A stretch of DNA of 61,639 nucleotides, counting the filler. It is 12 parts of 12 records of this genome, joined end to end, with 100 filler letters (N's around TTAATTAATTAA, not from the genome) between each part and the next. Parts side by side here need not be neighbours in the genome. Positions count along the whole stretch, not along the records: positions 10,118 to 16,056 come from SRR7504441_11702; positions 16,157 to 20,323 come from SRR7504441_11704; positions 20,424 to 26,495 come from SRR7504441_11735; 9 more parts are not named here. One strand, 5' to 3'. The notes beneath the pieces are model-generated. The model saw nothing but the letters and a program-made list of their open reading frames with translations, was not told where the DNA came from and did not search any database. The position numbers and the translations under genes are program-made. Below, one piece after another: positions 11,031 to 22,691 of the stretch. Position 1 is the stretch's first letter. Every line of letters begins with the position of its first letter.

Positions 11031-11382
11031 CGCAGCCTCTTCCGCATCCCGCCAGATCGATCGCTATTCTGGGTACCGGTCCGACAATCGAAGTGAACTG
11101 AAGTGCCCTCAGCACCTGTACTGACTGCGTGACTGACTGATTGTATTCAGACTAATTCAGTCACAATCCGACAATCGATCGACTCCCTATTGATGTGATA
11201 ATGTTGTGTGTACACTTTTAGTAGTTTTTAATGATACAGATGTCCATGAATTCGCTAGTCGCTAGTCGTTGATCCTGATACGAGTAGATCACTGGTAGCA
11301 CCACCAATGGCCACGTGCGATACTTGAATGATATGCAACTTTCGTCAAGCTCGACCATGGAGTGATGGAGAAGCGTTAGCTC

Positions 11383-12903
11383 TCACCCGCAGCAGCGGGG
11401 CTCCTTGTCCTTCTCTTTCTCCTTCCCATTGGGCTCTTGCCCACTGCTACTAGGCCCGCTGAATGGCACAGGCACCGCTCCAGAGGCACCGGCGCTGTCC
11501 GAGTTCCCACTGTCCGCGGCCTTGCTCTCCGCGGCCCCGGCTTGGCCATCCGTCGGCCCGGCCCTCGACTGTTGGCTGATCTGCTCCGACTGCGGCTGCT
11601 TTTCCAAGTCGCCGTGTGCTTGTTGCTTGGAGGCTTCGCCGGACAGCAGCGGCAGAGTCTCGCCCGAGGGCTGGCTGTGCTCGTGCTCGCTGGTCCGCAG
11701 GTCCAGCCACAGGCTGAGCAAGTAGCTCCAGACCGCGAAGCCTAGCAGCACCCAGAACCCTTTAAGCATCTTGACATCAACCTTCGTGGCTCTCGTTGTA
11801 AGCGCAGGCAGCACAGGCTCAGTGCTTGCCGTGACTGTGTTGAGCATGGTGGCGCTCCCGGCCCCGAGGCCTCGCAGATACGAGTCCAGTCCGGCCGAGC
11901 TGAACTGACTGGCCAGCAGCTTGGTGACCTCCGGCACTACCAGCCCGCAAGAGAGCAGCAACACGTCCACACTGCACCAGCGCCCCAGCCCGGAGCGAAG
12001 CGGGAAGAGCATGCCCCACCGGGCGCCCCGACCGCACCAGAGCAGTATGCAACAGACCAGCCAGAACACGGGCGCTAGCACCGTTCCCACCATAACCATG
12101 AAAGTCAGAAATGCTTGCCCGACGCCCTCGGTGTGTGGCTCGCGCCTGAGCGTGAAGCCGTCCTTGAGCAGCTCGAGCAGGCTCCAGTCCCGGGCCGGTT
12201 TGGCTGCCCCGAGCACCGAGTACTCTGTCTGGACCAGCGGGAGCGCGATCCCCGCCCCGAGCGCACCGGCCCCAACCACCATGAGCACGAGCACCAGCCA
12301 AAACTCGACCGGGCCGGGCGCGATCTTGTACTTGCGCGGGTGCATCCCCTCGATGAAGTCTAGCACCACGCTCCCGAGCAGCAGCGAGGTGCAGCAGGCC
12401 GCGGCGAAGATCCAGGCCCCATTCTGCGGCGTGACCCGGATGTGGACGGGGAAGTAGGCGGTCAGGTCGGAGGCTCGGAGCCCAGTCAGTTCGGAGGCCT
12501 CGAGCGTGACGTCGAGGGTCACCGTGATCACGAGCACGAGCATCGTGATCGCCATGGCCCAGCGGCCCAGAAATTCGATCCAGCGCGCCGCGGGCAGCAC
12601 AGCCGGGGCCCGGGCGGGGCTGCAGCTGCACAGGGTGAGCAGCGTCCAGGCGACCAGGATCTTGAGATACGGCCACACCACCGACGCCACGCCTAGAGCG
12701 ACTGCGCCGAGCCACTTATCGTCGTCCTTGAGCCTGCGGACGGTCTGGAGGAGAGTGTAAGAACCCATCTCGCTCCAGGCATCCACGGTCCCATCCCCCA
12801 CCTCGGTGACCCACTGCTCCACCAGTTGCCCCGCCACGAACCCGCCGACCACCAGGATGCTCACGACCCCCACCGCCACCGGGACCTTCACCGCCCTCCC
12901 CAT
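11383..12903 (-). CDS. PqiA-like (paraquat-inducible protein A) polytopic membrane protein
   Basis: Two related halves with ASVVWPYLK…EFLGRWAM and GTVLAPV…LGRWCSVDVLLL, matching the PqiA [KR]WSMxDV motif; about 8-9 hydrophobic segments. Confidence 0.75.
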   Translation of the reverse strand: MGRAVKVPVAVGVVSILVVGGFVAGQLVEQWVTEVGDGTVDAWSEMGSYTLLQTVRRLKDDDKWLGAVALGVASVVWPYLKILVAWTLLTLCSCSPARAPAVLPAARWIEFLGRWAMAITMLVLVITVTLDVTLEASELTGLRASDLTAYFPVHIRVTPQNGAWIFAAACCTSLLLGSVVLDFIEGMHPRKYKIAPGPVEFWLVLVLMVVGAGALGAGIALPLVQTEYSVLGAAKPARDWSLLELLKDGFTLRREPHTEGVGQAFLTFMVMVGTVLAPVFWLVCCILLWCGRGARWGMLFPLRSGLGRWCSVDVLLLSCGLVVPEVTKLLASQFSSAGLDSYLRGLGAGSATMLNTVTASTEPVLPALTTRATKVDVKMLKGFWVLLGFAVWSYLLSLWLDLRTSEHEHSQPSGETLPLLSGEASKQQAHGDLEKQPQSEQISQQSRAGPTDGQAGAAESKAADSGNSDSAGASGAVPVPFSGPSSSGQEPNGKEKEKDKEPRCCG

Positions 12904-13402
12904 CGTAGTGTGACACTATGTGGACGACCGCACGGTGATGTGAGCTGAGGGTCAGGCAGACAGGCACGCAAGCACGTGTACTGTATTAACTGTATTCATT
13001 TTACTACTATTTGACGATTTGACACTACCCTTGTTGGTCAGCCAATCCCTCGGCGAGGGTACGGATGGGCGAGTGGGCGCAATGCCCGTGAATGTGGCTA
13101 TTAACTTCGTAATTAACTTCGGGTGCGACTTGTGCCCCAAACCACTTGGGTCCAATCATGCAACAAGTGACGAGCTGATGCATCACGAGGGGAATCCTGC
13201 TTTTGAACCGGGTGCCAGATCTGAAGAAAGCAGCAGAGATGAAGACAAGCTCAATCACTCAAATCACTATGTGGATTTACAAAACCCGAGAGTCAGCGAA
13301 ACATCACCTTTAAGTCCCGGTATTTCTTTTTAATTTCTTCTGCACATGCCCCTATGAATAAAAAAGACTGCTAGTTTCAGAATCAACTTTATTTGAGGCG
13401 GA

Positions 13403-14302
13403 TCACTTGGGCTTGCTCGTAATGCACACCAGACTATGTCTAGCGCAATCCTCATAAGGCTTAAGACGAGCATCACTCATTTGCTCCTCGAGCACGCACG
13501 CACACCGCACAGTCGGCACCGCATCCAGCAGCCGCGGGAAGCGCTGCAGCGGGCCTTGCGCCGGGCACGACACCTGCCCGCCCTCCCTCTGGGTCCATTT
13601 GGAGTCGCACGGCGGGTAGTCCAGCTGCCCAGTCTCACGCCCTCCGCCACAGGGCTAACCTTGAGCTGCTCCGCGCTCCGCTTGTGCTCCAGCCCGACCG
13701 CCCGGCGGTTCTCGAGCTCGCGCCGGGCCTCGGTCCGCTGGCCGTGCTTGTCGAAGTACCGGCCCTGGAGCACGCCGACCCGAAGATACTTGGTCTCGTA
13801 CGTGTTGCTGACCCACTCAAAAAGCTGAACCACCTGCACCCTGCTCACCCGCCGCCGCCCGACCGTAAAGCCTGCTCCGGCGACAGATCATCCACCCGGT
13901 CGTGCAGTCCCTTGGCCGTAAAGTCCCCCGATATAAAAGCGGCCGTCCCGTCTGCCCCCTGTTGCCGGCGGTGCGGCCGCCCCGGCACCCTTCCCGGCGA
14001 AGAACGAGTACCCGCCCCCGGGCCCGTAGTGCTCCGGGCCGGCCGCCACGTCAAACACCTCGCCCACTATGGCCAGGTACAGCCCGGGCGACCCCTCGCT
14101 CCCTGCGGCCGGTGCTGGCACGGCCCGCCTTCCGCGCACCGTCGAACCGTGCGAGCTCCTTCCTCGTGAAAACAGCCGCCTGCCCGGCCGCCGCCAGCAA
14201 CTCGGCCACAGGATCGTCCGGACACTCGCCCGCCGGGCAGCGCGGCTGCTCGGCCAGCGCTCCGCCCACTACGGCCGACAGCACCACCAGTGGCGCCCAC
14301 AT
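13403..14302 (-). CDS. Neuferricin-like MAPR cytochrome b5 heme-binding protein (CYB5D2-like), ~5 exons
   Basis: Signal peptide; FTRKELARFDG|…LYLAIVGEVFDVAAGPEHYGPGGGYSFFAGK|DGTAAFISGDF…KYLRVGVLQGRYFD; C-terminal YPPCDSKWTQREGGQVSC…RCACV typical of neuferricin. Confidence 0.88.
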
Positions 14303-14435
14303 GGCGTCCGGCGTCCGTTGGAAAAACCGTGCTCGAAGCAGCTGATATCTTACCATGTATTCGGAGCATATGTTCATTCAATATTAGGGCTAAGCACATA
14401 CTGCCGGTCAGAGGAGCTCTGAATCCAGAGCTCGC

Positions 14436-15593
14436 TCAATAGCGCACCTTCTCCCAAGCCACAGATGAATCGACCCAGTCGTCCCCAAGCCTCGGACCGT
14501 TGCAGACACTCACCTCGGGCTCTTGGGCCGTCTCTTCCTCCCAGTCCTTGAGGCTGTACACCGACTGACTCGTGACCGCCCGTAGCGCCTTGCCGCGCTG
14601 GTCCTGACGCACGAACGTGTAGTTGTGCCAGTAATTGCTCACGTTAAGGATTGAAATCCCGGCCTCGGTCACCGGGTGGGTCATCTCGTTCACAATCCCG
14701 ATCTGGTCGAGCGGCACCGGGGCCCCACGCAGCGCGATGGCCGCCCAGCGCTCTGGGGAGGCCGAGACCATCTCCTTGGGGAACAGCTCGAGCGAGTGTG
14801 CGTCCAGCAGCAGCGAGGTCCCGTGAGTGGAGTCGACCACCACCGAGCAGAAGCGGGAGACCGGCCAGTCGGGGGTGTAGAAGAGCAGCTTGATGATCGG
14901 GTGGGTGCACTGGCCTAGCGAGAAGCAATCCTCGCCCTCGAGCAGCAGCTTGGCGAGCCGCACATCTGTGGTGGCCGGCGCCAGGTACCTCTCGTGGTCC
15001 TTGTTCGCGTCCCGCCGCTCCAGCCACGACAGATCGCCCAGCGCCGCCCCCGGCAAAGCGGCAGGCCGGCTGGCCGGGCTGGATGCAATTGTGTTCTGCA
15101 TCCGCCGGATCAGCCCGTGGACCCCGGAGGCCAGGTGCTCCCTCAGCACGGCCACCGCCAGCCCGATCGAGCTCTCGCGCACCAGGAAGGTATCGCAGTC
15201 GTACGTGCTGAAGTTGAGCATCGAAATCCCCCGGCGGGCCATCAACTGCGAGAGGAAGCAGACCACCCCGGGCTCATCGCACGCCGCCGGCCCCAAGTAG
15301 ATCGAGACCGCCCGCCACGGGCCGGAGACCTGGACGGCCGGGTCGTCCGCGGGGATCCAGCGGCTGAGCGACTCCTCGAGCACCAGGGTTAGCCCCGAGC
15401 TTGCCTCGCGCACGAGAGCCAGGTACGGGCTGTGCCCGAAGATCAGAGCTTCGGTCAGGCTCCACATGTGCGAGGTGATGTGCCCGTGCGCTATCCGTGC
15501 CACCCGGTAGGCCCCGGCCAGCACCGTCGCCTCCACGTTCTGCGTCTCGCATATCACCAGCCGCCCGCCCGGCTCCCGGCCGCTCTCAGCCAT
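14436..15593 (-). CDS. CASTOR/GATS-like tandem ACT-domain protein
   Basis: Two repeats: WRAVSIYLG…DEPGVVCFLSQLMARRGISMLNFSTYDCDTFLV and WAAIALRG…DQIGIVNEMTHPVTEAGISILNVSNYWHNYTFV. Confidence 0.8.
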   Translation of the reverse strand: MAESGREPGGRLVICETQNVEATVLAGAYRVARIAHGHITSHMWSLTEALIFGHSPYLALVREASSGLTLVLEESLSRWIPADDPAVQVSGPWRAVSIYLGPAACDEPGVVCFLSQLMARRGISMLNFSTYDCDTFLVRESSIGLAVAVLREHLASGVHGLIRRMQNTIASSPASRPAALPGAALGDLSWLERRDANKDHERYLAPATTDVRLAKLLLEGEDCFSLGQCTHPIIKLLFYTPDWPVSRFCSVVVDSTHGTSLLLDAHSLELFPKEMVSASPERWAAIALRGAPVPLDQIGIVNEMTHPVTEAGISILNVSNYWHNYTFVRQDQRGKALRAVTSQSVYSLKDWEEETAQEPEVSVCNGPRLGDDWVDSSVAWEKVRY

Positions 15594-16156
15594 GGCTATG
15601 GCCCCAGTTTGACCGGCGAGCCTTCTTGTGGGTTACCCCCCCGTCAGCTGCCCGTGATGAGAACTGAAGGCGTGAAGGGCTACTGAGCCGATCGCGATTG
15701 GCTGAGCAGGATGGAGGGGCGAATGAGCCTTTTGCCGGGGATGGGGGCGTAGTGGCCAGCCGGGGGTTACACCAGGGGGAAGGGTGTGCCTTGTCCAGGA
15801 TCAGCGGAGGAGATGAGGAGATCCCCGTTGCATGCTAGCTGCATGCAGCAGCCGATGAGTATTAACTGACGCTATGCTTGCCTCCGGGAAGTTTAGCCGA
15901 GAACCTCGGTTGTGCGAGTGGATTCGAGTCCGGGGAGTACACGTGTTGGTTTAATGTCCTAAGGTTGCGTACGCTCTATTTTCACCGTATTTTGATAATT
16001 CGCAAACGGCATGAAAACTGCCGGCGACAGCCATGTCGGCGGGCAGCTTCTGTCTGNNNNNNNNNNNNNNNNNNNNNNNNNNNNNNNNNNNNNNNNNNNN
16101 TTAATTAATTAANNNNNNNNNNNNNNNNNNNNNNNNNNNNNNNNNNNNNNNNNNNN

Positions 16157-16223
16157 CAAAAATTTAGGACCCACCCACCCCAACATGACAAATGTATTTA
16201 TGAGCGTCACTGACGTTCCCTAA
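16157..16223. mobile_element. Possible terminus of a PIF/Harbinger (Tourist)-like MITE at a contig edge
   Basis: GACCCACCCACCC…TTTATGA(gcgtcactg)ACGTTCCC followed by TAA. Only one end is visible. Confidence 0.3.
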
Positions 16224-16242
16224 CGGCACAACACCCTTACAG

Positions 16243-16703
16243 GAGACGTGGCGGGCCGGCGCGACCGGCGGACGTGCTTTCCTCTCTAGTTCGAGCAATG
16301 GGGTGTACTAGCGCCAGGGAGAAGGCTGCCAATCTCGCCTTGGAGGCTGCATGCATGTAGGCGGTACGTGACAGGAGAGGCTGACCAATACTACGCTTGG
16401 CCTACCCCCTGGAAAGAAGGAACCACCCCTTCAACAGCTGGAGCCGTGGGCAACCTACAGCTAGCGTCGGGCTACTCGCTCGGTGACCAGACCAACGGAC
16501 TGCAGCCGGACGGAAGTGGCTATTATGTGCTCACTGCAGCCGATACTGGTCAAGTCAATGTGAAACCCGATCATGGCAACTGGATGGGTTCCAGGGTTAG
16601 GGTTACCAGCGATGGAGCCGTGGCAGACTGGTACAACACAGCATCAGCCTGGGGCTTTCCGGCAAGCATGGACTGGCTAGCAGCGGCGGCTCGGAGACAT
16701 TGA
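16243..16703 (+). CDS. 3' exons of an unknown Trp/Gly/Thr-rich protein (5' partial)
   Basis: Acceptor-like CCTTACAG at ~16242, then open frame …QYYAWPTPWKEGTTPST…WGFPASMDWLAAAARRH*. Confidence 0.45.
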
Positions 16704-17088
16704 TCGGGACATTATTACGGTAATACGTGTCCTCTCCGTGGCGCTTACGTGGCGCTCGGGTTGTTGGACGGGCTCATAACCGCCCGGTGGGTCAGCCCAA
16801 GGCGGCCGGAGCGCCTCGCGGATGGGCGACGACCGGCTCGCCTCGGTGCTGCTCGTTGCCGGACGACGTGCGCTGGCCTGGCGATCGCGCGGGAGTGTAT
16901 CACATCGACGCATGATTCGATGACATTGTGCAGAAGCCAGAAGGCTTAGACGTTGCGATCTGCCCCACCCACCGGTAACTGTATCTTCATTAAATCTTGG
17001 GGTAACCTCTCGACATGATTGTGTAATTAATTATTTTTATGAATCGGCAATTCAATTACGTGATTAGTTAGCTATAGCTTAGCTATAG

Positions 17089-18486
17089 CTACCCTTTGAT
17101 CTTTGCATCGATCGTGTCGTCTAGTGTTTGCTTAAGCATGCTATCAAAAGTGCTAGCTCCCGTGCCTAGCGTAGTTCTATCCCCAAGATACTTGCGAGCG
17201 ATAGTTAGATGGAACCCGCGGAACTGCGAGAGCTGGCTCAAGCAGCGGTTATAGCTGGCCTGCAGCTGGGCGGTCCCGCTCCAGCCCAGCTCGGCGCACC
17301 GGCTCACAAAGCTTTGTATGGTGCCGGATCGCTCGACGCTCGTGATGAATTGCTCCGCGAGCTGCCGGTGCGGGGTTGGCATGTACTCAAGCATCTCCCG
17401 CTGGAACTGGCCGGCGTCCGCCCGGTGGCTCACCCCGAGGATCGTGTCGAACAGACAGATCATGGTCGACTGGCCGGCTGAAGGGCCCTGTGCACAGGTT
17501 AGAACAGGCTAGCAGCCAATCTACCTTGGCAGTGACCAGCGTGCCCTCGCCCTCGCCCACGCCCTCGAGCAGCACGCCGTCCGGATGAAACCCGGCGATC
17601 AGCGGCCGGTAATCGTTATAAAACACGTCCACCTGCCCAGCCTGCGCCCCAACCTAGCCTGCGCCACCTCGATCCTGTCAACCAGCTGCTTGAACAGCGA
17701 CCTGCTCGCCTCAAATAGCTCGCCTATCGCCTCCAGCGCCCGGCCCACCGCCCGGGCCGCAATCGGGCGCGGCTGGGCCTGCAGCACGGCCGGAAGCCCG
17801 AGCACGAGCTGTATGGCTGGCCCAGCCATCGCATGCATCGCACAGGGCAGCATGTGGAAGGCCTGCTCGGTCTCAGTGCCAGTCATGCTCGACTGCTGCT
17901 CGAGCGCATCGAACAAGGCCCGGCCCGACCGGTAGCTGGCCGGGCCCCTGCCGTCGGGCAGCTTCCAGTTCCACATATCGGCCCCCGCGGCGGTGAGCAC
18001 CCGCGGCAGCCCGAGCCGGCCGCAGACCGCGTCCCACGGCACCGCCAGCACCGCCGGCACCGACCGCAGCTCGGCCGGCGGCCCGTGCACGTACGAGTGC
18101 ACCAGCATCCCGAGCACCACGTACGCCCGGCGCAGCTGGCCGGTGCTGGCGGTCGGGCCGAGCGAGAGCCTTGGGAGCCGCCGGACTGCCTGCCGGAGCT
18201 GGCCGGTCCGATTGAGCTCGGGCAGCTGGCGGGCCAGGGCCTCCCACGGCTCCAGGGCCGGGGGCAGCAGAGGGACCGGCTGTTCGGGCAAGAAGCCGAC
18301 CCGGGTGCTCAGCTGGTACCGGTCGCAGGACGATGCCGCGAGGCTGGGCGCGCAGCGGGCTCGGGAGAACGAGGCGCAGAACAGCGCGAGCAGCCCGACC
18401 ACGGCCAGCAGCCCAGCAAGCTCGCCCGGGAGCACCATTCCTGCCACCGGCACTGCCACCACCACCGCCACAGCCAGCCCCTTCAT
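17089..18486 (-). CDS. Indoleamine 2,3-dioxygenase (IDO) family with hydrophobic N-terminus (3 exons)
   Basis: GFLPEQP, RRAYVVLGMLVHSYVHG, LAVPW…LGLPRVLT…WNWK, VFYNDYRPLIAG, K|GPSAGQS, YMPTPHR, FRGFH (heme His) and GTGAS. Two short GT-AG introns near 17650 and 17510. Confidence 0.92.
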
Positions 18487-18569
18487 CGGTCTCTGCGTCG
18501 GGTGGTCGACACTGCGCAGCGCTGCCAGTCCGGTCACGGCCGCGGGTGTCCGGCCGGCTACGCTGCCAG

Positions 18570-19968
18570 ATGGCCTGCCGGAGCACCGGTCTGCGGCTGG
18601 TGCTGGCGCTGGTAGGGCTGCGGTCGGCGGCAGGGATGGAGAACGGGCTTGCGCGCACTCCGCCGATGGGTGCTGCTGGGGGGACGCCGCGGCTGAGGGC
18701 CGGGCAGGCTGGTCGAGTTGGAACTGCTTTGGCGGGCACCAGTCGCAGCAGAGCATGCTGAGCATCGGCCGGGCCGTGGTCTCCTCCGGGCTGCGCGAGG
18801 CCGGATACGTCAACCTGGCGATCGACGGGGGCTGGTTCGACTTCCAGGCGCCAGGGCTGCGGGCACCGGCTGACGGCGGGTGCAGAGGGGCGAGCCGCCG
18901 CAGCCGGGCTGGCGGGGGCCGCGAGGCTGGGACTTCAAGAACCTGAGCGATGCCTTCCACGGGCTGGGGCTCAAGCTCGGGCTGTACCTCACCGGCGGGT
19001 TCGAGGCGGTTTACCAGCACGAGGCGGCCTGGGCCTCTGTCATGCTCGGCGAGTGGGGGGCCGACGGGCTGAAAGTCGACCATATGTGCCAGGGCGCCAA
19101 CTGCGGCGGCGGCCAGCAGGGGCACATGATGGCGGTCGAGTACCAGCGGCCCACCATGGAGCGCTGGGTGCGGGCGATCGCTGCGGTTGGGAGCAACGCC
19201 ACCCTGTTCCAGAACTGCGGGATCGGGTGCAGCCCGGCCTCCGGGGAGGGGGTCGGGGCCCAGCCTTGGGGCGACTGGTGCGACCAGACGGCCAACATGT
19301 GGCGGACCGGCGGTGATATCAACGCCGAATGGGGCACGATTGTGGCTCGGCTGGCCACGCTGGCTGGACGCGGGGCTCTGTCAAGGCCTGGAGGCTGGAA
19401 CTACCCAGACTCTCTCGAGGTGGGCAACGCGCACCGGGGCCGCAAGCTGACCCAGGCCCAGACCCGTGCCCACTTTGGGCTGTGGGCGGTGACCAGCTCA
19501 CCGCTGATCCTCGGGAACGACGTGCGTAACATGAGTGCGCCAGATCTGGCCGTGGTCACCAACCGTGACGCGATAACGGTCAACCAACAGTGGGCCGGGT
19601 TTGCGGGCGATATGCTCAACTTTTCGCAGTACCCTCCGGCCGATCCGACTAAAGTGAATATCACCCGGTTGCCCAGCCAATCCGTCTGGTGGAAGCCGCT
19701 CCCGAATCAGTCGGCTGCAGCTGTGCTCTTCAACACAGCCGGTGCCCCGGCCAAGGTGTCGTTCCGCTTCGATGAGTTGCAGTGGGATGGCCATCAGGCC
19801 TTGCCCTCCGGTCAGAACTGCCGTGTGCGCAGCGTATGGGGCAGCGCTGACCACCAGCCCGCCACGCAATCGAATAGAAGTGAGGGTGTCTTCAATGATT
19901 CGTTTAGTGTCATGGTCGATCCGACCGCGACTTTCTTTGGCATCATTGAGGGTTGCACAATCATATGA
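18570..19968 (+). CDS. GH27 alpha-galactosidase/alpha-N-acetylgalactosaminidase, secreted (3 exons)
   Basis: Signal peptide, ENGLARTPPMG|WSSWNCF, IDGGW, GLKLGLY, WGADGLKVD, MWRTGGDI, PGGWNYPDSLEVGN, HFGLWAVTSSPLILGND. Second intron 18848-18885 is GC-AG. Confidence 0.94.
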
Positions 19969-20890
19969 CGATCGATCTCCGAATTAGAGAGTAACTGTTC
20001 GAGTGATAGCAAAAGAGAGTACGACAATTACGGGTCCCTTGACTGGCCTTGCATTTGATTGTTTGCAGCAGCAAGGTTTGCTTGCAAGAATTTCTGACCA
20101 CCCAACGGTTAATCCACAAGTGCTAAACTATAATCAAGCAGTGTAGCCAAATACTCCCCGGAAATAAACTGTTGATTTTATTATCAAAATAAAGAGGATT
20201 TTCTATTCGGGACTCCTGACCGACTGAAACGGTAACAATCATATTTTCCTTCCGCTTGGGGCGAACAGGTAACATATTCCTAGCTACCAAAAAGACTCTT
20301 CAGATCTAGACAAGACACAGCTTNNNNNNNNNNNNNNNNNNNNNNNNNNNNNNNNNNNNNNNNNNNNTTAATTAATTAANNNNNNNNNNNNNNNNNNNNN
20401 NNNNNNNNNNNNNNNNNNNNNNNGGCGAGTGGCCGGGCAGAGCTAAGGATGCTGAGTGACTCTACTGCGGGTCAGAGGGCGAGTTGGGAGTTCCTCGCGA
20501 GACGACTGTGGGTGCGGCCGGAGGTTGGGCCGGCTGGGACGGACGGCAGGAGTGGGAGGCGGCGACCGGGGCGGTGGACGTGGCGGCCCGTCAGGCGCAA
20601 GTTGCGCGAGTGAGACAGCAGCAGCGCGCCAGTCTCATTAGTTTTTGGGTGTTTCAGGGGATTTTGACTAGCGCTGTGACAGCTTTCCAAAGTATCCGGC
20701 AATGATTGCTCGAATGCTGGAACAATATGCTCAAGGGACTTTTGTTAAGGCCGGGAATAAATAAACTGATTTACCACGCCGGATGAGCTTCCGTATCAAT
20801 GTAATAATGTTACAAGATGTACCTTCGAACCTCTAAAGAGACCTTCAAGCTGGCCACCACGCACCCGCCACACTCTCATCCACTCACGCG

Positions 20891-22691
20891 TCATTCGCCG
20901 GCGCCTATGAGCCCGTTTAAGTCGCCGATCCGTTGCTCAAACTCGCTAAATGAGTCGTGGTCCTGCTGGAGCCCATCCTCTTGAGTGTCCAAGTTCTTCC
21001 GAAGCTGATCCAACGAGCCGAGCAGCCGGTGCCGGTTGTTCTTGATCCTGCCGGCACCCTCACCCGGCCGCTGGGCTGATTGGGCACTTCTTTTGCTGCA
21101 CGTGCAGCTTTGTGATTGTTTTCATCAGCTCGTCTTCCTCCGACTCGAGTGCCATGTCCGCCGTATCCTTCACGCGCTCGCTGCAGCCCGCTCAAACCCC
21201 ACCCCGGCCGGCCAGCCACCGAGTCGGCTTGGTCTGCCGGGTGCGCAGCCGGGTCTGGGTCACCTGTCCAGCGTCAGTTGGGGGCACGATTAGTCATTAT
21301 TTTTGTTACTTTGAGTGCGCCGGACTGATCGGCGATGCACTCGCACAACTCCTCCAGCTCCTGGCTGCACGAGTCGAGGTCGATCTCCACCTGCTCTAAC
21401 GTCTCGTTCAGCCCATCCACGTCCCCTGAACTCTCTTCAATCTGCCCGCCACCCTCCCGCCTCCGCTGCCACCGGCAGCACCTTAACATTGTAGGCTTCC
21501 AGAAACTCGCTCAGCACGTCGTTATCTAACCGCCGCCCTCGATACGCCGAGATCTGCCCCGAGCCCTCGGCCGGCTCTGCAAGCCGCGCACCTTCTTAGC
21601 AAGAGAGCCGGCCTGCTGACACTTGAGGTCGGCCTGCTGGAGCAAAGTCTGCACAGCGTTCAGTTGCCGGCGCGCCGACTCTGCAGAGCGGCTCGGCGGG
21701 CCCGGCCGGGGGCGGGCACTCTGCTGCAGCGGGGCTGGGGTCTGCATCACGCGGTCAGGTACATTGGTCGGATCCATCTCCAGGCATTCAAGATCGACCT
21801 GCACGTCACTCGGCTGAGACCGTGCACCCCGCGCACCTCAATCGACACCGCCTTCTCCTCGACCGCCTTGGTGAGCGCCGGGTTTAGTTTCTGGCCGAGT
21901 CTGCCGGACGCCCAGACGGTGCGGAAACCTCAAACGCTGAGAGCAGCTTTCGTGCCTCAACCAGCAGCTTCGGAAACAGCGAAGCCTGCCAACAGTCACA
22001 CCCGCCGGCCCGGTAACCGACACCTCGAGCGCTGCCGAGGCCGTTTTGATCCAATAATCCACCTGGCCCTGTCTCGGGGCACAGCATAGCCGGGTGAGTT
22101 ACCTGGTCCTTGCCGGTCTGGCGGACTGGCCGGGTCTTGCGCTCCCTGTTCACGGCCCGGAGCAGCCCGATCAGCTCCTCCTCCTGGTTGGTCATGTCTG
22201 CCCCGGGGTCGGGCCGGCCTGCCCGCCCGGGCACCGGACAGCTGCTCCTCCAGCCTGTCCATCGTGTCGGTCTGCTCCACCACCTCGTTCAGCATCTCTT
22301 CCAGGGTCTGCCCGGCCCGTCGCCCGGGCCCGGCCGACCTGGTGCCTGCTTCTGCTCCTCGTTGTAACGGATCCGCGCCCGGATCGCCTCGTTCGACCGC
22401 TCCAGTTTGGCCATACCCTGCACCCGGCTGGCCCGCGCCCGGCCCCACGGACACCATCTCGGAGGCGCAGCTGCGGCGGAGCTCGCTCTGCTCGCGCAGC
22501 CCGATCCCTTCCTGCCCAGCAGCCGTGAGCGCGCAGCCGGGCCCAGGCCAGCGCACCTCCAGCCGGTATGTGGCCTCTCGTTCCTCTGACGACGTCACTG
22601 CCGTCTGGAAGGAGTCGCCGCCCTGGAGCGCCGGCTGGGTCTGCTGGAGCTGGTCGACAGACAGGCGGCCGCCCCCTCGGGACCCGCTCAT
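20891..22691 (-). CDS. Intron-rich coiled-coil protein of unknown function
   Basis: Exons such as MSGSRGGGRLSVDQLQQ…, TLEEMLNEVVEQTDTMDRLEEQLS and RLLGSLDQLRKNLDTQEDGLQQDH…LIGAGE* linked by many ~35-45-nt introns. Confidence 0.55.

Noticed and set aside
13019-13333. 104-aa ORF between the PqiA-like and neuferricin genes
   Set aside because: Non-ATG start, lower GC than neighbouring genes and no motif; probably intergenic.
16905-16965. ATGA…AA…GA pattern downstream of the gene ending at 16703 as a second SECIS
   Set aside because: Helix II does not pair and there is no candidate Sec motif upstream.
20424-20705. Short ORFs at the start of the fifth contig
   Set aside because: Too short and truncated to assign a frame or product.
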